12,094 nucleotides of DNA from Octopus sinensis (GCF_006345805.1 NW_021826732.1:1-12094), one strand, 5' to 3'. Numbered from the stretch's first letter, positions 1 through 7,603 are shown. Notes: generated from the sequence alone by a model not told the origin. Translations and numbers: made by a program.

Positions 1-170
1 GCATTCACGCATATATATGTATGTTTACATACATACACCCATATATCTATCCGTATATATATATTTATATACATATATATATATACCTACGTACATACAT
101 ACATATATACGCACACACATACACATATGAATATTTATACATATGTACGTACGTGTGTGTGTGTATGCTT
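1..170. repeat. Compound TA/TACA/GT microsatellite
   Basis: Degenerate alternating TA, TAC(A) and GT units read directly from the sequence. Confidence 0.9.
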
Positions 171-304
171 GCGTATGTTGATAATATGAATGTCTCCATT
201 GACATGTTGATATGTTTGTAGGATTCAGGAACAGGATTCTGGCTGTGTAATCGAATCCATTATTTGATATCATCTAACAATGGATCGAAGTTAATTAACT
301 ACTG

Positions 305-971
305 ATGCGTGCACACACACACACCACACACACCACACACACACTCAGTCACGCACGCATATGCATTTGCACGTACATATATACACATCTTTATGTATGT
401 ATGTATATATGTGTATACGTACGTGCATGTACAGACGCGCGTTCATATTCTTCGGTGCACATATATATGTATCTGTATGTCTCACCCTTTGTATATGTAT
501 TTCCTCTCTTTGTCTATCAACATCAATAACACACACACACTCATATATATACATATTATATATAATATATATATAATATATATATATATATATGTTTGTC
601 TGTATATGTATGCTATATATATATACACATATATATATATATATACATATACATACATATATATATATATATATACTATATATATATATATAATAAATAT
701 ATTCATATATATATATATGCATACATATATGTATATATATATACATATACATTCATATATACAACATAAATATACATACATGTGCATACAGTGGTACATA
801 CTTATTTATATATATATTTATATGTATACCTATACATACATGTATCTATCTATTTATCTGACTATGTATGTATGTATCTATCCATCTATCTTACTATCTT
901 TCTATCTGTGTATCTATGTATGCAAGCGTACACACGCGCACACACTCACACACACACACACACACATACAT

Positions 972-1015
<44 letters not shown>

Positions 1016-1081
1016 TCTATCGTATTTCGATATTTGTAATTATCTATCTATATACATAGATATACACATACACATATATAA

Positions 1082-1131
<50 letters not shown>

Positions 1132-1135
1132 GTGC
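305..1135. repeat. Large compound microsatellite (CA, TA, TATG, TATC, TACA)
   Basis: About 830 bp of mixed di- and tetranucleotide tracts. It is the source of the spurious 334-aa H/T/Y/I ORF. Confidence 0.95.
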
Positions 1136-1227
1136 AATATATAAATTTGCATATGAAATACAGCTTTTCTTTGAAACTCGTATTGTTGAAAACAAAACTA
1201 GTTTTTCGGATTTTTCATATATCTTCA

Positions 1228-1551
1228 TCCATCTTTTATATTTTTGTTCAGAACAATACATTTCCGTAATTCAAGGACGTTTCCATATCTTTGCCTTCTT
1301 ATCTCTTGGATGAAAGTAATAGAATGTTGGTTGTTATTGAGGGTTTTATTATATTTTTTGCTTTTAATTTCTGCTTTTTCATTTACAGTAATATCATATA
1401 AGCGATAGTCTGCATTCTCCTGATTTGTGATATCCGGACTTCTTTCGCTGTTGACGTTAGCTTTATCTGACGAATCAGCGAATAGTTATGGCTTGGTATC
1501 TGATCTCGGGATCTGACTTGTTTCTGGTATTGTTTTAGCATCATATGAGCT
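1228..1551 (-). other. Possible coding-like frame interrupted by one stop (unassigned)
   Basis: Manual translation gives SSYDAKTIPETSQIPRSDTKP*(TAA 1488-1486) then 86 open codons [86 protein letters not shown] in non-repetitive DNA. No homology recognised. Confidence 0.2.
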
Positions 1552-1604
1552 TTAATGCAGAAAAATATAAACACCAATGGACGAGTTATATTCTCAGTTG
1601 CATG

Positions 1605-1878
1605 CAAGGCCGTTACGGTTAAGCAGCTTGCTTTGCAACCATATGGTTTCAGGTTCAGTGCCACTACGCGGCACCTTGGGCAAATGTCTCCTACTCTGTA
1701 CTCAGGGTAACCAATGCCTAGTATGGGAACTTGGTAGATGGGGGTCTGTGTGGAAGCTTGTAGTATAACGTTTCTATATGTATAGGTGTGAGCCTTTGTG
1801 TTCGTGATTGCCCCTCACTGGGGCTTGACAACCGGCGCTGGTTTGTTTATGTTCGCATTACTTAGTGGCTCGGCAAAA
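1605..1878 (+). mobile_element. Degenerate tRNA-derived SINE, family A (old subfamily), 3' truncated
   Basis: Aligns by eye to the copy at 3151-3769 and to the reverse complement of 5371-5800: ...aaccatatggtttcaggttcagtgccact..ggcaccttgggcaa... head, then gcttgacaaccggcgctggtttgtttat...cttagtggctcggcaaaa 3' half. The central linker is short. Confidence 0.85.
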
Positions 1879-1929
1879 ATAGGTGAACCGTGATATGGTG
1901 ATGGATTACTATATATGAATTTACGTGGT

Positions 1930-2012
1930 ATGTGTGTTTGTGCACGCGCGCGCGAGTGTGTATCTGAGTGTGTGTGTGTGTGTGTGTGTGAGGTTGCGCG
2001 CGAATGTGTGTG
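1930..2012. repeat. GT/CG alternating purine-pyrimidine tract
   Basis: (CG)5 at 1945-1954 inside gtgcacgcgcgcgcg, followed by a (GT)n run and a further gcgcgcg. Confidence 0.85.
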
Positions 2013-2286
2013 CTTCGCATAAATAATCGAGGAAATAACTTTCCAGTTAAGAGATAAAACTATTGATTTACGGTATTAAGCACAATGTCTCTCTTTTCGC
2101 GGTATGGACATCGTCAATTAACTCGTTGACTATACATGACCGGCACATATTTTATCGTGTAAACAAAGGCAAAGCAGACTCCATTGGGATGTGGCACAGA
2201 AAGAACTGAGAGAGCGTAACTAAATACAGCAATGCATTTTAGCTGACGCTCGATCGATTCGGTTGCATCGCCGCCATTGAAACTAG

Positions 2287-2304
2287 TAGGATATAAAGGC
2301 TACA
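2287..2304 (+). repeat. Left target-site duplication (taggatataaaggctaca)
   Basis: An identical 18-mer lies at 2690-2707, flanking the SINE. Confidence 0.9.
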
Positions 2305-2310
2305 TATATT

Positions 2311-2691
2311 GGCGGCGAGCTGGCAGAAACGTTAGCACGCCGGGCGAAATGCTTTGCGGTATTTCGTCTGCCGTCACGTTGTGAGTTCAAATTCCGCCGT
2401 GGTCGACTTTGCCTTTCATCATTTCGGGATCGATAAATTAAGTACCAGTTACGCACTGGGGTCGATATAATCGACTTAATACCTATGTCTGTCCATGTTT
2501 GTCCCCTCTATGTTTAGCCCCTTGTAGGTAATAAAAAAATAGGTATTTCGTCTGCCGTCACGTTGTGAGTTCCAATTCCGCCGTGGTCGACTTTGCCTTT
2601 CATCATTTCGGGATCGATAAATTAAGAACCAGTTAGGCACTGGGGTCGATGTAATCGACTTAATCTGCCCCTTGTGGGTAATAAAGAAATA
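2311..2691 (+). mobile_element. tRNA-derived SINE, family B, with internal tandem duplication of the B-box plus body
   Basis: Head ggcggcgagctggcagaaacgttagc; B-box-like gagttcaaattcc at 2383-2395; unit 1 (2358-2541) is repeated as unit 2 (2542-2691); A-rich tail; exact 18-bp TSD; a homologous older copy lies at 6748-6951. Confidence 0.92.
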
Positions 2692-2707
2692 GGATATAAA
2701 GGCTACA
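2690..2707 (+). repeat. Right target-site duplication (taggatataaaggctaca)
   Basis: Identical to 2287-2304. Its first bases overlap the SINE tail (aaatagg). Confidence 0.9.
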
Positions 2708-2745
2708 AAATATCAGAGCTTCTTTTCTCTGTCCTTCTATCTATC

Positions 2746-2925
2746 TTTTACTTGTTTCAGTTATTGTATTGTGGCCATGCTGGGGTACAGCTTGGAAGGG
2801 CTTCAGATGAACAAATCAACTGCAGTAATTTATATGTAGTTTGGTAATTATTTCTTTGAGTACGTAAATAAACCAATTCCGGTTTTCTGGTGGTTGGGAG
2901 ACTAATACATACCCAAAGACACTCA
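2746..2925 (-). mobile_element. Degenerate 3' half and tail of family A SINE (old subfamily)
   Basis: ttttacttgtttcagttattg..gtggccatgctggg matches the tail at 5379-5420. aaaccaattccggtt..ggtggttgggagac matches acaccagcatcggttgtcaagcgatgttggggg of the 5371 copy. Confidence 0.8.
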
Positions 2926-3018
2926 AACGCACGCACACATACACTTGTATACACACCTACGTACACACATCTCTCACCCTTCTCTCTCTCTTTCTCTTTC
3001 TCTCTCTCCCTCCCTCCC

Positions 3019-3059
<41 letters not shown>

Positions 3060-3150
3060 TTGTCAGTAGCTCGCTATTATACTATCAATACATACTGTAC
3101 ATACATACGTGTGTGAGTATGAGTGTGGGTGTGAGTGTGTATGTGTGTGT
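2926..3150. repeat. Compound CA/CT/TATC/GT microsatellite
   Basis: Read directly from the sequence. Confidence 0.9.
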
Positions 3151-3337
3151 AGGCGTGGCTGTGTGGTAAGAAGCTTTCTTCCCAACCACATGGTTTCAAG
3201 TTCAGTCCCACTGCATGATACCTTGGGCAAGTATCTTCTACTATAGCCTCGGGCTGACTGAAGTCTTGTGAGTGGATTTGAGAGACGGAAACTGAAAGAA
3301 ACCCATCGTATAGTTCTATATGTGGTATATATATATA

Positions 3338-3393
<56 letters not shown>

Positions 3394-3459
3394 ATATGTG
3401 TGTGTGTGTATGTATATGTATGTATATATATATATATATAGATATAGATCTATCTATCG

Positions 3460-3507
<48 letters not shown>

Positions 3508-3769
3508 ATATGTATATATATATGTGTGTGTGTGTGTTAGTGTTTATGTTTGTGTGTGTGTCTATGTCTATATTTGTCCCCCACCACCACTTGACGACCG
3601 GTGTTAGTGTGCTTACGTCCTTGTAAATTAGCCGTTCGGCAAAGAGATCGATAGAATAAGTACCAGGATTAAAAAAAATAAAAAATATTGCTAAGGTCGA
3701 TTCATACAAATAATAATTTTTCGAGGCGGTGCTCCAGCATGGTCGCACTCCATTGACTGAAACAAGTAA
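3151..3769 (+). mobile_element. Full-length tRNA-derived SINE, family A, with expanded central microsatellite
   Basis: A-box-like tggctgtgtgg at 3156-3166; head 3151-3311; TA/GT/TATC linker about 3312-3570; 3' half 3571-3769 ending ctccagcatggtcgcactccattgactgaaacaagtaa. Part of the tail (tgactgaaaca) recurs at about 3781-3791. Colinear with the minus-strand copy at 5371-5800. Confidence 0.92.
3312..3570. repeat. TA/GT/TATC microsatellite inside SINE
   Basis: Occupies the position of the SINE central linker, between head and 3' half. Confidence 0.9.
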
Positions 3770-3848
3770 TATATATATAATGACTGAAACATGCTACACA
3801 CACACACATAGACACACACATATATATATGTGTGTGTATATATATATT

Positions 3849-4225
3849 ATTGTTAAACAGGACATCAAACGTTAAGGCAAGGCAAACATCTCAAGTCATA
3901 CACAAAATCTTACAGCTGTTTCTGGGGTATCCTCGACTTTGGTATATTCCATCATCAGAGACAAATTGGGGAGAAGATATGGAAAATGAGAATGGTATAT
4001 ATCAATAAGGAGATAACATAGAGGAAGGGAGTAATAGAATAAGGAGATGGAAAGAGAGAAGAAAACAGACATAAAATTTTATAGTTCAAATTTCCGAATT
4101 TATAGAAACCAAACAATGAGTCCTTAGGTGCAATCCTGCGTATAGTCTTGTGGGTTAACGTCCTTATATAGTACACATCCCAAGAAAAGGGCGTGAACAT
4201 ATCAGCGTTCACCCGAGTAAAAGAG
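3849..4225 (-). mobile_element. Putative Penelope-like-element-derived fragment (non-coding, ribozyme-bearing)
   Basis: A non-repetitive segment bounded by TA repeats on both sides, with a pyrimidine-rich tract on the minus strand followed by a minimal hammerhead motif. No RT or GIY-YIG coding sequence is recognisable. The assignment rests on the known association of PLEs with minimal hammerheads. Confidence 0.5.
3907..3962 (-). ncRNA. Minimal type I hammerhead ribozyme motif (Penelope-like type)
   Basis: Minus strand reads GUCU-CUGAUGA-UGG(23 nt)CCA-GAAA-C-AGCU-G-UA/AGAU. Core CUGANGA (3958-3952) and GAAA (3922-3919) are intact, the cleavage triplet is GUA (3913-3911), helix I is GUCU/AGAU, helix II is UGG/CCA, and helix III lies in the palindrome ACAGCUGU. 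Confidence 0.7.
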
Positions 4226-4241
4226 TATATATATGTATATA

Positions 4242-4272
<31 letters not shown>

Positions 4273-4512
4273 ATATACATACAGACATTATATATATATA
4301 TATACATACATGCATATATATATGTGTACATATATATACATATGTATGTATATACATATATATATTATTTATATATATATTTATATATATGCATTAATAT
4401 ATACATTTCTATAATAATAGATCTATATATATGCATACACACACACTCACACACACACACATATATATTTATATATATATATATATATATATATACATTC
4501 ATATATATATAC
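4226..4512. repeat. TA/TACA/CA microsatellite
   Basis: Read directly from the sequence. Confidence 0.92.
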
Positions 4513-4672
4513 ACGGTAGGCTTTCACACAATCTCTATCAGTCACAAGGCATTGCTTGGTCCTGGGCTATATTAGAGGTCGTTAGCTCAAGGTGCTGCTG
4601 TGCGATGGGATTGAACGAGAAACCGCGTGGCTGCAAAGCGAGTTTCTTAAACCCCACAACCGCACATACGCC
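4513..4672 (-). mobile_element. Degenerate head (5' half) of family A SINE (old subfamily)
   Basis: The reverse complement reads ttaagaaactcgctttgcagccacgcggtt..gttcaatccc..gcaccttgagc..tatagcccagg..aatgccttgtga..tgtgtgaaagcctaccgt, matching the 1605 and 3151 heads. Confidence 0.8.
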
Positions 4673-4815
4673 ATATTTATCAATTTTTTTTTTTTCATTT
4701 CACTTTTTATTTATTTTACTTTATATTTATTCTATATGGCAATTAGTGACTATTAGAATCATTGGTTTCATGCCCCCAACGGGCCCCAGTCTATTGGTTC
4801 ACTGCGTTTCTGATG

Positions 4816-4842
4816 GGTGACATGTGAGTATCACGTGTCACC
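4816..4842. other. 12-bp inverted repeat / hairpin
   Basis: ggtgacatgtga-gta-tcacgtgtcacc gives 11 Watson-Crick pairs plus one G-T. Confidence 0.7.
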
Positions 4843-5169
4843 GGGCTTTTAAAGTTTCTCGCGGAAATTTATATCCTTCGTTGATAGACATCGATAAACA
4901 TAGACATGTGCGCGCACACACAAACATATACGCTCACACACACACAAATACACATACACATCATAGGTGTATGCGTATGCGGATTCTACACATAATTTTC
5001 GTTTATTACAGTCCATTCAGACAAAAAAAAACATAGCATATCAACGAAAGTGTGTCTATGATAGAAGCCAGTTGTTCAATATGCCGTGTTGTGGCGGCGA
5101 ACCAGAGACGTGGTGGTTGCGATGTGATCTTATCAAAAGAAAGCTGCTTCGTTCTTTTAGAAACGTAAC

Positions 5170-5362
5170 GCATGCGCGGGAACACACACTCACATATACA
5201 TATACAAACATGTGTACATATATATTTACGTATGCATGCATGTAAACTATATGTGCATGTATGTATACAAATTTATATACATACACACATATACGTATAC
5301 ACATATATATATACGCGCATATGTGTATATGTATATATATATATATTATACATGTGCATATA
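5170..5362. repeat. CA/TA/TATG microsatellite
   Basis: Read directly from the sequence. Confidence 0.88.
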
Positions 5363-5370
5363 CTCTCCCT

Positions 5371-5590
5371 TTTTACTATTTTACTTGTTTCAGTCATTTG
5401 ACTGTGGCCATGCTGGAGCTCCGCCTGTAGTCGAGCAAATCGACCCCAGGACTTATTCTTTGTAAGCCGAGTACTTATTCTATCGGTGTCTTTTGCCGGA
5501 CCGCTAAGTTACGGGGACTTATAAACACCAGCATCGGTTGTCAAGCGATGTTGGGGGGGGGGGCAGACACACAAACACATACACACGCAT

Positions 5591-5664
<74 letters not shown>

Positions 5665-5800
5665 TAATACATACATATATACGACGGGCTTCTTTCAGTT
5701 TCGGCCCGAAGCTATAGTAGAAAACACTTGCCCAAGGTGCCATGTAGTGGGATTGAACACGGAACCATGTGGCCCGTAAGGAAGTTACTTACCACACATA
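5371..5800 (-). mobile_element. Near full-length family A SINE with 32-bp internal deletion in the head
   Basis: Tail ttttacttgtttcagtcatttgactgtggccatgctggagc, 3' half, G-run, CA/TA linker (about 5564-5680), then head acgacgggcttctttcag...ttaccacac. It lacks the equivalent of cgtctctcaaatccactcacaagacttcagtc, which is present in the 3151 copy. Confidence 0.92.
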
Positions 5801-5858
5801 CGCACACGCACTGATATATATATATATGTATATGTGTATATATTTATGTATATGTATG

Positions 5859-5900
<42 letters not shown>

Positions 5901-6105
5901 CCACATACATACACACACGCACTTATATATCTTTATATATATGTATATATGTACACGCATATATATATATATATGTATGTATGTATATGCACATGTACAT
6001 ACACACACATATATATAAACACACGCTCATACATATACATGTAGGCACACACACACACACACAAACTGACACACACACACACACACACTCACACACACAC
6101 ACACA
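5801..6105. repeat. TA/TATG/CA microsatellite
   Basis: Read directly from the sequence. Confidence 0.92.
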
Positions 6106-6202
6106 TGGCTAGTATGCATGCATGCTTCTGCAGACCGCTCCTGCGTTCACACTTCAGGCAACGCCAATTTACAGAGTTCGTCACAAAACGACGAATCTCG
6201 GT

Positions 6203-6243
6203 AAAATGGCCCATACCACGTGGGAGACTCCCTCAGCCAATCA
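6203..6243 (+). promoter_or_regulatory. Putative cis-regulatory motif cluster (YY1-like, E-box, CCAAT box)
   Basis: aaaatggc (6203-6210), CACGTG (6217-6222) and agccaatca (6235-6243) lie within 41 bp of CpG-containing unique DNA. These are motif matches only. Confidence 0.25.
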
Positions 6244-6449
6244 TACGCTTCACTGCTTGTAATCAGCTGTGAAATACTAATTTACTTCAGTGAGTGATGA
6301 ATGAATTGGCAGGGCTTAATTGAATTGCATCCACCTCCTACAACCCATTCTCCGACCCCTGGTGGGACTAGAATTACGGAAGGCGCTTTAAGCACAGCAA
6401 ACTAAGTTATTTGTTGTAAATATTTCATGTATCTTAAAGCAGCAAGCTG

Positions 6450-6744
6450 TGGAGGCGCAATGGCCCAGTGGTTAGGGCAGCGGACTCGTGGTTGGAGGAT
6501 CACGGTTTCGATTTCCAGACTGGGCGTTGTGTGTGTTTATTGAGCGAAAACACCTAAAACGCTCCACGAGGCTCCGGCAGGGGGTGGTGGCAACCCCTTT
6601 TGTACTCTTTCGCCCCAACTTTCTCTCTCTCTTTCTTCCTGTTTCTTGGGTAAAGCTGCGATGGACTGGCGTCCCGTCCAGCTGGGGGGGGGGGGCGGGA
6701 TCATGCGCCTGGCTAGGCTTGAAAAAGGTGCATAAATAAAATAA
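6450..6744 (+). mobile_element. tRNA-derived SINE, family C, flanked by a 15-bp TSD with one mismatch
   Basis: A box tggcccagtgg at 6461-6471; B-box-like ggtttcgatttcc at 6504-6516; ctgcgatggactggcgtcccgtccag at 6656-6681; A-rich tail; TSD taaagcagcaagctg (6435-6449) / taaggcagcaagctg (6745-6759). Confidence 0.85.
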
Positions 6745-6747
6745 TAA

Positions 6748-6951
6748 GGCAGCAAGCTGGCAGAATCGTTAGCCAGGGGGACAAAACCCTTAACGGCATT
6801 CCATTCGTTCGCATGTTCTGAGTTCAAATTCCACCGAGGTCGACTTTTCCTTTTAATCCTTTGGAGCGTCGATAAAATATGTACCAATCAAGTACTAGGG
6901 GTCAATGTAGCCCCTTCCCCGAAACTGCTGGCCTTGAGCCAAAGTTTGAAA
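6748..6951 (+). mobile_element. Older, diverged family B SINE
   Basis: ggcagcaagctggcagaatcgttagc...gttctgagttcaaattccaccgaggtcgactttt..gtcgataaaatatgtacca..ggggtcaatgta is colinear with 2311-2480. Confidence 0.85.
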
Positions 6952-7196
6952 TCGATAATTCATGGACCTTGTGTCATGCGCAGTGGTAATGGCTACGGGC
7001 AATGTTTGGCGTTCTCTTCATCGTTTCCCGCCGTTATTAGAAGTTGAATGCATATCACTGCGTAATGGCGTCGTGCATGTATCTTCACCTCCTCGGCGCC
7101 TCGCCCCCGTTGCCTTTTATCACAAAAACCTCCATCTTTACCTCATCGCTTTATTTTGTTCCCTTATAATTCAATCACATTACCACATACATGCCT

Positions 7197-7237
7197 CTAC
7201 TACTACCACCACCACCACCACCACCTCCTACATCACC

Positions 7238-7272
<35 letters not shown>

Positions 7273-7500
7273 CACTACTACTGTTACTACTGCTGCTACT
7301 GCTGCTGCTGCTGCTGCTGTTGCTCTTATGTCTTTACCATCACCATTAGCATCAACATCATGACAACCACCACTACCACCACCACCACAACCATCATCAT
7401 CATCATCTTCAGCATGACCATCATTTCATTATTGTCATGATTACTATCATCTCTTCTGCATCATCCAACCACTACTGCTACCGCCGCCACCACCACCATA
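7197..7500. repeat. Compound trinucleotide array (CTA/CCA/CTG/CAT/CCG)
   Basis: Read directly from the sequence. It produces poly-Thr, poly-Ala, poly-His and poly-Tyr pseudo-ORFs. Confidence 0.9.
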
Positions 7501-7515
7501 CTGGAGCATCTTGCT

Positions 7516-7603
7516 GAAGACACTTGCTCAAAGTGCCACGCAGTGGGACTGAACCCAGAACCATGTGGTTGGTAAGCAAACTTTTACCACACAGCCACTC
7601 ATG
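7516..7603 (-). mobile_element. Family A SINE head fragment (young type)
   Basis: gaagacacttgctcaaagtgccacgcagtgggactgaacccagaaccatgtggttggtaagcaaacttttaccacacagccactc is the reverse complement of the family A tRNA-like head. Confidence 0.88.

Noticed and set aside
309-1313. 334-aa ORF and similar Y/I/H/T/C/V-rich ORFs (for example 8083-8871, 9138-9566, 4431-4820)
   Set aside because: They are translations of TA/CA/GT/TATC repeats, which lack stop codons in these frames. No domain-like content.
1355-1390. Strong plus-strand splice acceptor (polypyrimidine + CAG at 1386-1388)
   Set aside because: All three downstream frames stop within six codons and no donor is evident. It is the complement of an A-rich stretch.
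6450-6525. tRNA-like sequence with A and B boxes (also 2311-2400 and 3151-3215)
   Set aside because: These are SINE heads: there is no proper acceptor stem or cloverleaf, and each continues into a repeat body and tail.
6684-6699. G12-C-G3 run (and G11 at 5553-5563) as G-quadruplex candidates
   Set aside because: These are homopolymer expansions at variable SINE positions, prone to sequencing error, with no evidence of function.
7514-7560. CTGAAGA followed by a small hairpin, resembling a hammerhead core
   Set aside because: No GAAA follows the stem, and the sequence is the antisense of a SINE head. CTGACGA at about 1467 (+) and 9121-9127 (-) also lack the downstream core.
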